Shown here: in pieces, positions 41,308 to 55,518 of the stretch
Numbering within the stretch: the first letter of the stretch is position 1
How the letters are laid out: each line of letters begins with the position of its first letter
Assembly (NCBI GenBank): GCA_964016885.1
Contig: OZ024740.1
Span: 191,270,001-191,334,000, forward strand
Length of the DNA stretch: 64,000 bases
Direction of reading: 5' to 3'
Source: Eledone cirrhosa
Lineage: Eukaryota
Position numbers and translations under genes: made by a program
Notes under the pieces: generated by a model
Seen by the model: the letters and a program-made list of their open reading frames with translations, nothing else
Told to the model about the DNA's origin: nothing
Database searches by the model: none

Positions 41308-43200
41308 ATGGCCGACTCACAGCTGAACCCAGTAGCTGAGAGCCTTCCTCACAAACTAACACATCACACCGACACCACCATTGTAAATATTACTACGTTT
41401 GCCAACACTAAAAATATAAGCAGTAGCAATATTTTAAATTTCTCTCAGGCAGACATTCATTTCCCGCCATTACCAATGACTGCAGGTGTTGAAGCTGCCA
41501 CCCCCACCACCACCACCACCACAGCAACAACAGAAACAAAAGAAAAAAAAAATTATCTCGTGATATCGAAACGAATTCAGCCAAAATGAACGCTTCATGA
41601 CCGAACACCACTGACGCCAACACCACCACAACTGAAACTAAAATTAACAATAACAAAAATAACGATAACAACGACAGCAACAATGAAAATAAGAAAACCC
41701 TGTCTTTTGCCAGAGTAGCGAAACATTGCGAAGCATTCCAGGTAACTCAGGAGGAATTAGAAGAAGCCATAAAAATGGTAAAGAATGATGGGTACATGGT
41801 CCCCCCCCCACACACACACACACAAACCTAACAAAATGGAGCATTGGCACCTATGCACCGTGTCTTATCGGACGATTAACATAAAATCGCGCCAGGTGGA
41901 ACGGGCATCCGAGTCCAAAATACAAAAAGCTTTGGGACATGTGTGGGCAAAAAAACCCCACATCTGACGTGGGCAGAAATATTGAACCGTGGACGTGTTT
42001 TTGAAACGCAACAGGAGGCCAGAGAACACTCCAAGGCCTCATTAAGAAGTGACGACTTCACACCCGTCCCAAGATATTGTGGCCAGAGACTCGTGAAGAT
42101 CAGGGTAACCCACGTTTCACCGGCCATCGAAATTCCCTGGCTAATGGCTGCCGTCCTCGCCGGCATCGAAGCCAGCACCAAGATAATCGAAATAGCGAAA
42201 GAAAAGCAGGAGAACTGGCCGGATCTGGGATGGATATCCTGATCCAAGCGGACCAAACAAGCATTGAGGAGATCCAAGAGGTAATAGACCTCACTGACGG
42301 CAGCCACCTCACCGTAATCGTCGAGGGCAGAAAGCCTAGGTGTGTCGTTTGTGGTGAAGGAACCCACCTAAGGGCTTTCTGCCCTCAGGATAAAAGGTTG
42401 AGGTCATCTCTCTTACCCACCCCAGTGACTCAAACATCAACACCACTAGCAGCAGAAATGGCAGCAACAACAGCAGCAACTGTAACAGCAACAACCCCAG
42501 CAACAATAGCAAAACCAACACCACCACCACCCAACGCGCCAGAACTAGCACCAGCTCCTACTCCATCCACCACGCCACAACCAAAACCAAGGCCTGTGGA
42601 GGATTTTCCACTCTCCGACCTATCGCACCTGGAGGCAGATTGTGACGACGAGGAGAGGGAAACGGTATCAATATAAAGAAAAAAGAAAAAGAAACCAAAA
42701 AAAGAAAATATCCCCTATCTTCCCCCTCCCAAAACAAAATACAGAGGGAAACGAATAAACTATCAAACAAAAAAGTTAAGACAGCTATGCCACCATCCAC
42801 ACCAGCATCACCAACCCCATCACCACAAACACCAACACAATCACCATCATTAACCCCAACACCACCATCACCAACACCACAACAGACACCAAAAAGCTAA
42901 ACAGAAACAAACCCACAACAAACGCAAACAAAACAAAACAACCAAAACGATACACACTACACAGCAATAAATTTCAACAGCAACCAATTATTACACTACA
43001 TCCAACAAAACACCAGCGTCACAGAAAAAGACTACACGACAACCCAAAAGCTCACACCACCTCCACACATACAAATTACTCGCATCACACAGAAAATGTA
43101 CATGACACTAAAACAAAAATTCCCCAAAGACATCGGAGACTTCTGACTAACACTCTCCAGGAGGATTTATAAGGACATCCTTCCTGAGGAGGCCAGAAGA
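41308..43200 (+). pseudogene. Tx1-like ORF1 (gag-like; zinc knuckle, Thr/Pro-rich tail)
   Basis: Frameshifted pieces 41943-42242 and 42077-42676 containing VIVEGRKPRCVVCGEGTHLRAFC. Confidence 0.7.
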
Positions 43201-43282
43201 AGTGAAAACGATGGAGAAACCATTCTTCTTCTACCAGAAGTAAGGTAAGTGGTCTTTCCCATCTTTTCCACTCCATTTCAAC

Positions 43283-46200
43283 ATGACCTCACTCAGAATA
43301 GGCAGCTTAAATGCGCGTGGCTTTGGGTCGTAATGGAAGAGGGCCACCTGCTCAACGACCTCAGGTCACTGAACACAGATGTAGTAGCCATCAGTGAGAC
43401 CAGAGTCTCCGAAGCACGGGCCTTCGCATCGATCTTCGGCGGCTACGATGTGTACGCATCTCCCAGCCGTCCTGCATCGGGGGGAGGAGTTGCTGTTCTT
43501 TTTCGGAGATGTTTGGATTTCGCCACACGTGCCATCTTCCTGAACCCAGAGGGTAAGTTGGTGGTGCTGGACGTGACCAGCGAAGACATGCAAGATTTCA
43601 GGCTAGTAGCAGTCTATGCCCCGACAGGTGCAGGGCGGCCTGATGTCTAGCGGCGTCTGGAGACCTTTCTTTGAACGTCCCACTCTTTAGTGTTAGTGGG
43701 CGACTGCAACGGGATCTGAGATGCATGCTGGGACTGTGTGGGATTAGCGGATAGGGGAGGATGGTGCAAGAGCATTACCAACCTGCTCAGACATTTTGAA
43801 CTGTCTGACACGTACCGATTGGATTTCCCGAATGTGCCAATGTGGACTTGAACAAATCGCATAGGGGCATCGAGATCATATATAGATAGAGTATTTTATG
43901 GGGTAATAGATAGGTCTAGGATAGACAGTCCACAATTCAAGATAGTCAGCTACACGGACCACAAATTCGTGATCTGTGTGCTTAACTTAGATAGGCTTCA
44001 TAGACCCAGACCCAGCTACTGGAAGCTAAACGCGTCCTTACCAGCGTGCAAGGCTTACAGAGACCGGATAAGCGAACTAGTTACGGGCGTTGACGAGTGC
44101 CATCGTCAACAACAAGTGGTGGTTTGCTCTGAAAAGAGCGATTAGAATAGAGTCCATTAGGTTTAGGAAGGCTTTAGCAATAGAGAAAAATAGAGCAGAG
44201 GGAGAACTAGTTAGAAAATTAGACGAGGCGCTTAGCAAAGGCATCGCGACCGACGAACTTGCGGCGAAATTGGCCCTTGAACAATTCTTCAATGCAAAGC
44301 ATGGAGGCTGCGTTGTCAGAGCTAGGGTGCGTACTCTCAGACACGAGGGGGCGAAAGCCGTTCAATGGGCCCGAGTGGCGGAGGCGCGTCGTGGCAACAA
44401 AGCCACGATTCCGTCTTTGGTGGACCACGACGGGCGCATGCTACTCGATCCCGGGAAATTGGGTGAAGCTTTTCAGCGACACTTCACACAGCTGTTCGAG
44501 GGCAGCGGCGTGCCAGATCGAGGGATGGACTTTAGTGTCTACCTCGACGGACTGCCGCGGCTCTCAGCCACTGAGGAGGAGTGTTGCGAAAAGCCGATAA
44601 CAGCCGCTGAAGTACGGGAGGTAATGACGGGCTGCACAAGGGGTAAATCGCCTTGTTTGGATGGTCTGCCCTATGAACTTTACGTACAGATGCTAGATTG
44701 GTTCGGAGGCCTCTTGGCGGACGTCTTCTGCAACTGGCAACAGAACGGGAGAACTCCCAGCTCTGGGAGCCGAGAGCTGTGGCGCTGCTGAGAAAGGATC
44801 CGAAAAAGGAGGATAACATAGATAATTGTAGGCCCATAACTCTGCGAAACACAGAGTTCAAGATTTTGGCCAAGGTGCTAGTAAAGGGGTTGGCGCTTGT
44901 CGTTGAAGGTCATGTGGGAGAGGCGCAGACATGCGCCATTCCCGACAGATCCATCCACGACAACCTCCACCTCATGCTATACATCGTAGACAGGGTAGAT
45001 AGGAAACCTGGCACGACGGCTCCTTGATCAATTTAGATCAGTCGAAAGATTTCGATAGGGTCGACCATCGTTACCTAGCTGCAGTCCTGAGGGCGGCTGG
45101 CTTTGGGCCCGTCTTCAGACGCTGGATCGCTACCATGCACAGCGACATCTGCTCTGTGGTGAGAGTGAACAGTCACCTTTTGGAACCGTTCAACATCATG
45201 CGCTCGGTCCGCTAAGGATGACCCCTCTCGTCCCCCTTGTACGTATTGTCCTCGAGCCATTACTGCACAGACTGGAGACGTTGATGGGGTCCTGCGCGAA
45301 CTAGGATGCGGAAGATCCGTGTCAGCATATGCGGACGATATCACCGTAGTGGTGTCGTACGCCAAACACATCGAGGCGATCGGCACTACTCTAAGGGAAT
45401 ACGAAGCGGTGACAGGAGCAATGATCAACCAGAAAATGTCAGCGGGCCTGCAGCTCGGCACCTGGAGAGGCAGGTCCATGCCGACCAACAGCGTCGTCGG
45501 GCGCTGGACGGACGGACCGGTTAAATTGCTAGGGGTCTGAAAGGTCGAGCGGAGGTGGCTAACGCGTACATCGCGTCAGTCATCTGCTACCGACTGACCG
45601 TCGTACCTTGTCCTAAGCCCCGTTTGACTGCGCTGGAGCGTTTGCTCTTTCGCTTTTTGTGGAAGGGACGGGCTCCGATCGTCAGGAATCCATCTGCTGT
45701 CAACACCCGCTACGTGCAGGGCTGGGCATGCCGTGGTTGATGATGCGCAGACAGGCGCTCAGGCTACGACATCTACAACTCTTCCTCGACGGTGATCAGG
45801 TGTGGTCGCCGTTTGCTAGGCGCGTATTTCCCTAGCTCGTCTCCTTGACGGACCTTCAGTCCTGGGAAACGCGAAGACCGAGAGGGAGCGCTTGGAGACT
45901 GGAATGTCTTCAGGCGCTCACAGCCCTCGACCAATCGGGCAATGTGATCGGTGGAAACTCCAAATTGGCGTTCTATAGAGGATTAGTGGAGGGGAAGAGC
46001 GACGACGTACTTGGAGAAACTCAAGGCGTCGACGAAAATCAACTAGCCAATCTCATCGGAAGAACTTTCGGTCCGGGGCCTATGGACAACTTCCAGAAAT
46101 CCCTGGCCTGGCAGTGCTAGCGAGGAGCTTTGCCAGTTCGGGAAAAACTCTACAGGCATGGAGGTGCCGTCAGCCGGGCATGTCTATCATCTGAGTCCAT

Positions 46201-46481
46201 CGTGAGGATTGCCACGCCCTCTTTCTTTAGCCGGGAAGGGCAGGAAGTTTTTACCTGTCTGGGCCATGGCGAAAGGGATAGTATGGTGGACACGTTTGAA
46301 AGCGCTGAAGACGAGCACTTACCTCTTCGGTGATGCCTTGATTGACTTTTTCAAATTTCATTTGAAAAGGAAAACCAGAGTAGAGAGGAAAGTGCTCTCT
46401 TCCCAGCATGTTGTTGAAAGATGGGTGAGAGAAGCAAGAATGGCCCGAATGAATGGGCCTAGTCTGAGTATGTATCTGTAA
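43283..46481 (+). pseudogene. Tx1-like ORF2 (AP endonuclease + reverse transcriptase)
   Basis: MTSLRIGSLNARG, ISETR, VYAP, GDCN, YIDR, YTDH, YWKLN, KSPCLDGLPYELY, NCRPITL, LDQSKDFDRVDH, YADD; multiple frameshifts and stops. Confidence 0.9.
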
Positions 46482-46730
46482 ATTAAAGGTCGAAAACCGG
46501 GATAGGGCACTTGCCTTGGTGGTCAGCATCACTGTGACCTTTTACTGGCCTTTCTCCACAAATGTCCCCCGGAATCTGCCCCCTATTGGGTAATTTGTTA
46601 TTGTTATTTTTTGTACATCCTCTGTTTTTGTTTTTTACACGCAGAAATCCCCATTTGTACCGTCCTGTATTGTCCTGCACTGTCCTTAATGTCTACTTTA
46701 TGTAAACCATTGTGGTTAATAAAGAAATCA

Positions 46731-48500
46731 TTATTATTATTATCATAACAGCTGCATTTATCTTGCTTTATGTTCATACGAGTTATCACCAAGTCACAAC
46801 CAGTGACCTCAAGAGACAACAAGGTCCGCCATGTTCAAGAAAGAATATACATATTCACACATGTATCTTTAGTGTTTAGGCTTGTGATGTACTTTTATTG
46901 ACATAATCCTCCTTAGTATATGGGCAGTTCCCATTAGTATTATCTTTTGTATTTCTCCTATATGCGGGTTTCCTGGGATTTGCGATAAGTAATCATTAGA
47001 CCCCTTAGGTATCATTCCTAGAGCGCCTACAACCACTGGTATTGTTTTAGTTCTCAATTTCCAAATTTTTCCAATTTCTATCTCCAGGTCCTTATACTTG
47101 CTCAATTTTTCAAATGTTTTTATAGATACATTCTTGTCTATTGGAACGGACATATGAATTAGCAGGCATACCCTCTTGTTAAAGTCCTTCAATATTATAT
47201 CAGGTCTATTTGCATCTATTTTTCGGTCTGTTTGGATGCTAAAGTTCCACAAGATTGGGATGTGATCATTTTCAAGTATGGGAGGTGGTTGATGCTCCCA
47301 CCAATTCTTTTGATGGGGCAGGTCAAAATGCTTACACTTTATCCAATGTATGTATTGTGCAGCTCTGTCATGCCTGTTTAGGTATTCGGTTGGAGCTATA
47401 GGACTGCACATTGAAATTATATGGTCAATGGTCTCTGGTTGTTTTTTACATACACGGCATAATGGGCTGCATCCATATTTTATTATGTTGGCTTGGTAAT
47501 TTTTTGTTGGCAGACACTGATCTTGTGCTGATATAATCAGTCCTTCAGTCTCCGATTTCAGTCCAGAGGATGCCAACCACTGATGGGTTAAAGTTTTGTC
47601 AACATCAGGATTGTTAGCTCGTTCTGGGTATTTTCCATACAGAGGCTTTTCTTGCCATTTCTTAGCCAGTTTCTGTAGCAGTTCTATCTTTGCAGTTACT
47701 TTTACCTGCTTTGCTTTTATGTGTTTTCCATTTCAGCAGTAAATGGGACTTCTGAAATGTGTAGTCCATTACTGTATATGTGTGCATCTTTTGTAATGGA
47801 GTATGATCTTTTGATGCTTTCGTGTTTCAAAACGAGTTTGATCATCCAATCATGTGATTCCCTTAGATATGTAGATAATCCAATTGTTGCAGTTTTCAAC
47901 GCAACGTCTAACTGGATTAACCCACGTCCTCCTTCTTTCCTAGGGAGATATATTCTATCTCTATCTGCCTTAGGGTGATGCATTCTGTGCATTGTTAAGA
48001 ATGTTCGGATTTTTGTATCGAGCCTACGGATCTCTGTGCTTGACCAGTTGATGACATTGTAACTGTAGGTTAATACCGGTATGGCAAGGGTGTTTATGGC
48101 ATCGATCCTATTCCTTGCATTCAATTCCGTTCTTAAGATTGATCTTACTCTGCGGTAACATTCCTTCCTTATCCTTTCCCTCATTGTCGAGTGCTTGATT
48201 CCGTCTCCTTCACAAACACCTAGATATTTGTAAGTTTCCTCTTGATCAAGTTCTCTTATCACATTCCCTCGATCAAGATTAAGGTCTGAACTTTTCAGCA
48301 TCTTTCCTCTGGTGAACGTTGCTTTGGCGCATTTATCTAGTCCAAACTCCATTTTAATGTCTTCACTGAACTGCTCCACAGTGGATAATAGCCCTTGCAA
48401 TTGTTTATCATTTTTTTCAAATAGTTTCAGGTCATCCACGTAGAAGAAGTGATTAATTGTTTTGTCATAGACGTTATATCCATTTTTTTGTTTCATTGAG
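46731..48500 (-). mobile_element. R4/Dong-like copy D (second, distinct family), 5'-truncated
   Basis: ORFs 47717-48496 (FYVDDLKLF, GGRGL) and 46869-47576 (CRVC..HIISMC, RHD, RPDII, KLSKY); (TAA)n flanks. Confidence 0.92.
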
Positions 48501-48502
<2 letters not shown>

Positions 48503-48534
<32 letters not shown>

Positions 48535-49122
48535 GTTATTACTCTTTGAGTCTCAGTCATTGATGTTAGTTAACTGGAAAGTTTGTTGAAATGAATATCA
48601 AGCCACTACTTGCAGCCTCAGATATTCAGGACGTATCGGAGGGTTCTTACTGTTCCCAGCAAGCATGCCTTTTGAAGTGTTCCAAAAAGCGTGAAGGGGC
48701 CAATTTTCTTTAACCATCCCTGGAAACTTTTTGAGATAGTCCCTAATGCGCCTATGACAATCGGGATCACTTTGACTTCATGGCAGTTCCATATCCTTTT
48801 TACCTCCCACTTTAAGTCTTGGTATCGGTTAATTTTCTCCCTCTCCTACTCTTGCACTCTCGTGTCGAAAGGGCAGGCCACATCCACGATCAGGCACGAT
48901 CTTTTTTCTTTGTCCCAAACCACCAGGTCAGGTCTATTGTGTTCCAGTTTCTTGTCCGTCTGTATCCTAAAATCCCACAGCACCTTCACCTGATCGTTTT
49001 CTATCACCGCCTCTGGCTTATGCTCATACCACTTCTCAGAATGTGGTAAATTGTTTACTTTGCATAGGTGCCAGTGGATCACCCTGCCCATCACATCATG
49101 TCTCCAGCCCTTATAGTGAGTC
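48503..49122 (-). mobile_element. R4/Dong-like copy C (A/B family), short 3' fragment
   Basis: Nearly identical to 37950-38533; (TAA)n on both sides. Confidence 0.93.
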
Positions 49123-49441
49123 TTATTATTATTATTATTATTATTATTATCATTATTATTATTATTATTATCCTCCTCCCGCTCCTCATCCTCTCCTCCT
49201 TCTTCTTCTCGTTCTCCTCCCGCTTTTCCTTCATCTTCTTCTGCTTGTCAGATGTGTCCGTCTCCAATTCTCCCAGCTGATCGTTTTTACATGATTATTA
49301 CACATCCAATTATTGAAACATTTGCTGAACCTATTTGGAATACCAACACATCTCTCTATATGTGATACAGACAAAGAAGAAAGTTTTACGATTAGCTACA
49401 ATTTACATTAGCTATGCTCAAATTGCTTATATATATATAAT

Positions 49442-49491
<50 letters not shown>

Positions 49492-50140
49492 GTCTGTGTG
49501 TGTGTATGTGTGTCTATTTATTTATACATATACATTCATATACATATATAATCATATACATTATACATATTCATTCATATACATATATAAGAAAGAAAAT
49601 ACTTAGAATATTATTGCTACATGTATTCTATGAATGAACTAAAAAAAAAACGTGGTACACAATATATGAAAAACATTATGTCTGCAACTTGCATACGAAC
49701 TATAAATGATACTTTGTAAACTTCAAGAATCTTTCTTTAATTAATATACAGAGGCATTTGATTACTAAAAGTAAAAGTATTCGTGAAAAGAGGCATGTTT
49801 ACCAAACGTAGGTTTTTATTGGCAATAATATTATTCTGGTATCTTGCCAGTAATTTACTATAAATTTCTCTCAAATTATTTCCATAAGTAAAATGTGCAG
49901 CTTTGTTTTGGAATAAACCAGTCATAATGATGCGGTAGTTTCTCTCTGTATATTTGCAGAAAGATACCCACTGTATGGTTATGTGTATTACAATGCACAA
50001 ATATGGATATAGATGTTTCATAACGTATATGCGTGCGCATACCATTTTTCTTTCTCTTTTACATGTCCAACACATAATTAGAGGCTATGGAATTGGGTAT
50101 CATTACACACGCGTATATTTATAGAATCACACGCACACAC

Positions 50141-50191
<51 letters not shown>

Positions 50192-50359
50192 TATACACAC
50201 ACACACACGCATATATACATATATATAAGTATATATAAAGAGAGAGTTAGGGATAGATAGAGAAAGAGAAAAGAAGATAAACAAACCGATATATAAATAT
50301 ATGCGTCGGTTGGCCACATTTTATATATATATATATATATTTCACTCTCTCCCTCTTTC

Positions 50360-50460
<101 letters not shown>

Positions 50461-50828
50461 TTATTTCTTACATGATTTTACGTGCTTTTATATGTAGGAG
50501 GCGGAGGGTGGGTCGGTGCCACATGCAACTAAGGTATATTGTGCAGATTCCATAATTAGCGAAGAACAACTACCAGTCTATATGGAGATTGCAATCCCAT
50601 ACGTTCTATATATGCTGAGATGTATACTTACATTGTAAATAAGAAGGTAATTAAATGAATGCTGAAATACACATCTATTGTAGAAGAATAGCATCAATGT
50701 AATGAAAAACTCGAATTATTATTCTTAATTAATGAAACAAAACGACCGAAAGAATTAAATAACAATTACTAACACAAATTATGTGAGCTTTTCCTAATAT
50801 TACACGTATACATTTATATATATATGCA

Positions 50829-50906
<78 letters not shown>

Positions 50907-50907
<1 letters not shown>

Positions 50908-51250
50908 GTTATTCCGGGTTGAATCGGAGGTAACCACAGTAAGTAAGGTACTCAATACATAGCAGAGTATAACAGTTTTAATATAGATGAGATTCTACAG
51001 GACTAGAACTGTTTCATTCATTAGAAATCATCAGGAATCTGGGTATCAACAAATAAATATGGTATTTATAGGTCTCTACAGGTGGTAGGAGAGGGTGGGG
51101 AGTGGGATGGGTGCAGGTCATTGGTTGATAGAAAAGGGAATTCATTAAAAGTTAATTCTACAAAGCTATAGTTAATTTTTATTTTTATTTATATTTATTT
51201 ATGTTTTTAGAGTAACAAAGGCAGACATAATTCTATAAACAGGTTCCGGA
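50907..51250 (-). mobile_element. Second copy of the HHR-2 element
   Basis: Reverse complement of about 4165-4478; embedded between (TA)n arrays. Confidence 0.85.
50990..51040 (-). ncRNA. Type I hammerhead ribozyme (HHR-2b)
   Basis: Minus strand: AGATTC CTGATGA t TTC-taat-GAA t GAAA CAG-ttctagtc-CTG TA GAATCT. Confidence 0.85.
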
Positions 51251-51609
51251 TGGCATACCATATATATATATATATATATAGATAGATAGATAGATAGATA
51301 TATATATATGTATATGTATATATTTATTTACTTGCATTTTTTCACTTTGTAACCATACATTCAGATTTAATATCAACCTTTAGCATTTAAACCGGCCATA
51401 TCCGGCCAGAATTCTCTCACCTCTTTCTGTTCAAACCAGACGTAACTGGCTGCCCATATCTATATTAAGGTATTGTTCTGAAACTAAATGACATCGACAT
51501 TTCGTTGATTTGATATTAAATAGATAATTTTGTAAAATAAAGCCTTTACCATAAAAATACAGTAGTAAGTATAGAATGATGTAAATGGTAAAGGGTTAAT
51601 AAACATAAT

Positions 51610-51783
51610 TGTTTCTACTTTAGGCACAAGGCTAGCAATTACCTCAGTACATTACTGGTACTTCATTTTATCGACCCCGTAAGGATGAAAGGCAAACTCA
51701 ACCTCGGCGTGATTTGAACTCAGATCGTAAAGGGACGTAACTATGCTGGAAAGCATGGCGTCCGACCCTCTACGGATACTGCC
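51610..51783 (-). mobile_element. SINE with AAACATAAT TSD
   Basis: Family consensus; TSD at 51601-51609 and 51784-51792. Confidence 0.9.
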
Positions 51784-51899
51784 AAACATAATATATCCGA
51801 TTTAGTGATATCATTGAAGGAAATTCCACCGTAGACACAAACAACATGAACTTTTTTACAGTTGCTACAACTACCACATCCACCACTACTACTAAATCA

Positions 51900-51916
51900 C
51901 GTATGCTGCTGTTGCG

Positions 51917-51953
<37 letters not shown>

Positions 51954-52020
51954 TTATTACTACTACTACTACTGCTGCTGCTTCTGCTGTTGCTGCTGCT
52001 CCTGCTACTACTACTACTAG
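51900..52020. repeat. (CTA)n/(CTG)n trinucleotide tract
   Basis: Directly visible. Confidence 0.9.
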
Positions 52021-52056
52021 TCAACTTGGTTTAACTTTTCATTAATGTAGAGGATT

Positions 52057-52246
52057 AAGGGCGGTGGATTGGCAGTATCGGTAGAGGGTCGGACGCCATG
52101 CTTTGACTTATAGAGTTACGGCCCTTGCCATTCTGAGTTCAAATACCGCCGAGGTTAACTTTGCCTTTCATCCTTACAGGGTCGATAAAATAAAGTACCA
52201 GTAGTGCACTGGGTAATTGCTGGCCTTGTGCCAAAAATAGAAACAG
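52057..52246 (+). mobile_element. Full-length SINE with 15-bp TSD
   Basis: TTAATGTAGAGGATT at 52042-52056 and 52247-52261. Confidence 0.93.
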
Positions 52247-52279
52247 TTAATGTAGAGGATTTTTTCGGCATGCACTATT

Positions 52280-52470
52280 CCGAAAATATCCACCAACGGC
52301 TAACTTCACTAATCCGATATATCGGGCCCTGATCAATTTAGATGAATCGAAAGCTTTCAACAATCAGCAGTTGAGAGCACTACTGAAAGTTGCCAGTATC
52401 ACACACATTTTCAGGGAAATTATCCCTGATGTGCCCAGGGACACATGCTGGGTAATCAGTGTGTACGATC
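52280..52470 (+). mobile_element. Decayed Tx1-like RT fragment
   Basis: CTGATCAATTTAGATGAATCGAAAGCTTTC (LINLDESKAF) resembles 45024-45053. Confidence 0.6.
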
Positions 52471-52599
52471 TCAATTTTACTTGTTCAATAGCAGGCTCTC
52501 AGTCTACAATCCTTCTCCAAACATATAATGATATCAAAACGATTAGAGACGGGTTAAACATGTGACTTGTCGGGTAGGATATATCAATGAATGATCGGG

Positions 52600-53430
52600 C
52601 AGGGCTAAGGCATTTCCAGATTTTCAAGTGACAGTGAACAAATGTGGCCGGTTTTTCCTAAAGACGTGTTCCCGCAGTGTTGCAGTCCTCGAATTTGCGA
52701 AAACCTAGAAGGAGCACTTATGCAGATAGGGAGTGCGATCGGTGTCAACTTCACTTCACGTGTTAGAGTCTGGCGAGTAAAAGTGACGACATTCTTAGGG
52801 AGACCGCGTGTGTCAATGACAATAAGCCACAATTTTCCGGATAAATTTTGGACCACATCCCATCATCCTTTTCTGATCTGCAAATATTTTCAGAATACCA
52901 TCGTCTGTAGTTTTAAGGTATTGTTCTTCTCCAATGATAAATTGTTTGCCGACTCAAGCTGGACCATTCCTCTACCATTTTCTCTAGTGATGTAGAGGAG
53001 GTGGGTATCAGTTTTGGGTGATGTAGTTTATTACAGGACAGAGCTTTCTTCAATTTGGTGTCCATTTTCTATCTTTCATTAACGTTCCAATTTATGATAT
53101 TGAAATTATAGGTGATACATGAGACTGCTAGCACTGCTATGGCAAATATTTCATTCTTTGTATTGAGCTCAATTTCCAGAAAGGCATAAACTTTCCGGTA
53201 GCAATCTAGATTAATTTTCTCTGTTATGCTGGCCTGGTAAATACATTGGTCTTCATTGATCCCTAGATATATGCAGGTGTGTTACTGTTCTAATTCTTTA
53301 ATTATTGAATTCATATATATACATTCCCATGTCATTCTGCTCTTCTTGAATTCGACTCAGGCGCATTTTTCCAATCCAAACTCCATCCCTAAATCATCGC
53401 TGATCACATTAAATATCTTCAACAGTCTTT
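52600..53430 (-). mobile_element. Old R4/Dong-like RT/RLE remnants
   Basis: KLQRLLKIFNVISDDLGMEFGLEKCA at about 53360-53438, then RLE-like remnants downstream. Confidence 0.6.
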
Positions 53431-53849
53431 GCAATTTGTTGTCATTGTTGGCATACAGTTTCCTGGAACCCATGTTCAGCTGCAGCCATATTTTGTTTGC
53501 TGGCGTTAAAGACAGCTGTGTGAGTTGAATATAACGAATCAGTTAAAAGTCTGTAGTTCATAATGCCTTCATGGTATGATAGTGATAGATTTGCATACCA
53601 TATAGACATGCTATATTTTAGGAAGTTTGATATTACTAGGACAATTGTCAGAACTAACAAGGTTTTCAAAAGCCCGTGCCAGCAACATTAAAAGTAACAG
53701 CGCCACGAGCAGCAGCAGTATCGAAACCACCACCGCAACATCGAAAACAGAATGAAAATAGGGTGATAATGAGGAAAGGACTTCCACTTCCTTTCACACT
53801 GCCAAAGCAAATACATACATAAAGATCCACACACACAAAAACCTATATC

Positions 53850-54150
53850 AGATCTTCGCATGTTTCAGTCGGCCGGTAATCGAAGGTGGGTTGGCAGTGC
53901 TGTTTTGGATAGGCCTGGATCTCGATGTAAGGACGATTTTCCTGGAACCGGATGATGAGTTGATGATCCTGGATGTGAGAAATAGTGTGGTCATCTACGC
54001 CTCGTCCAGGACTGGGCGGCCGGATTTCTTTAGACGCGTGAAATACTTTCTGGGAACCTCACACCCTATAATGTTAGTGGGCAACTGGAATTGCATCTTA
54101 GACGCACGCTTCTATATTATAGGAGTAGATGATAGGAGATGACTGAGTAA
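53850..54150 (+). mobile_element. Decayed Tx1-like APE fragment
   Basis: AVLF..LDLDVRTIFLEPDDELMILDV..IYASSRTGRPDFFRR..MLVGNWNCILD parallels 43490-43730. Confidence 0.75.
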
Positions 54151-54168
54151 ACGCCTCAACATATATGT

Positions 54169-54244
<76 letters not shown>

Positions 54245-55087
54245 ATGTGTGTGTGTGTGTATGTGTGTGTGTGTGTGCGTGTGTGTGTGCGTGTGTGCGT
54301 GTGTGTGTGCGTGTGTGTGTGTATGAGAGAGAGAGAGAGTGTGTGTGAGAGAAAAGGTGAAGTTGGAAATAGCGGGGAAAATATATTTTTAGGGTCTGTT
54401 TTGCTTTTTTTTTTCCTTTCTTTCAATTGTCAAAGTGACATTATTGAATAACTGAGAGGGAAAATTCTCTTAAAAAAGAGTGTTATAATATATATAAAGT
54501 ATATATATATAAAGTATTACCGGTTTCAATGTATTTGTAAAATACATATTATCAAATGTTGAGTATTAAAATCAAAAATAATTAAAAAGAATTAAAAATT
54601 AAAAGTCAAAGATTTAAAATTAAGAGGTTACTTTTTTTATCTTCCTGGAGACTGGGAAATGAACTCTTGTGGCTAGAGAGAGAGGTGTGAAATCATGATA
54701 TTAGCAGTAGCAGTGTTCGTAGTTGTGTTTCTTTGCATAGAACAAAATTGATTTTAATGACAAAGGAAATATTCTGTAAATATGTGTGTGTATGTCAATT
54801 GTGTTAATGGACTGGTCAAGAGTTCAGATGGACGAATGTGTGGGGGTTGTAAGCTAGAGAAAATTCTAGGGGATTGGCAACAGTAGACATGTAACAGAAA
54901 TTCTGTTTGGGATGACGTGTTTGATTGTGTGTGTATGTGTGATAGCATATACATAAACTAATACACACGTGTGTGGGAGGGAATGGTGTGTGCGTGTAAA
55001 GGATTTCTCTTGTGTTTATGTCTCGGATTTGTTGGCCGTGGAACACATACCCTAAAATATATTTTCCGTGCTATTTCCAACATCACA

Positions 55088-55137
<50 letters not shown>

Positions 55138-55162
55138 TAGGTGACGAAAACATTATAATTTG

Positions 55163-55235
<73 letters not shown>

Positions 55236-55238
<3 letters not shown>

Positions 55239-55339
55239 CCTGGGTGTAATCGGATGTAACCACTGTTAGTAAGGTTCTCAATACATAGCAGAGTATAAAA
55301 TATTTAATATATATATGGGTTCTACAGGACTAGAACTGT
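55236..55339 (-). mobile_element. Third, truncated copy of the HHR-2 element (only the 3' half of the ribozyme)
   Basis: Matches 50907-51012; stops within stem III; flanked by (TA)n. Confidence 0.8.
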
Positions 55340-55359
55340 AGAATTGATTTCTATATCAC

Positions 55360-55440
<81 letters not shown>

Positions 55441-55518
55441 AATATATATATATGTTTTGCAAAGGGTCACTTTGTGGCTCAATGAAGAGTTCATAAATTA
55501 AATAATCAGAGCTATATA

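Larger units (their letters stand above)
41107..46730 (+). mobile_element. Near-full-length Tx1/L1-like LINE (ORF1 + APE-RT ORF2), decayed
   Basis: ORF1 remnants with CCHC knuckle CVVCGEGTHLRAFC; ORF2 APE and RT motifs; AATAAA near the 3' end; (ATT)n on both flanks. Confidence 0.9.
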
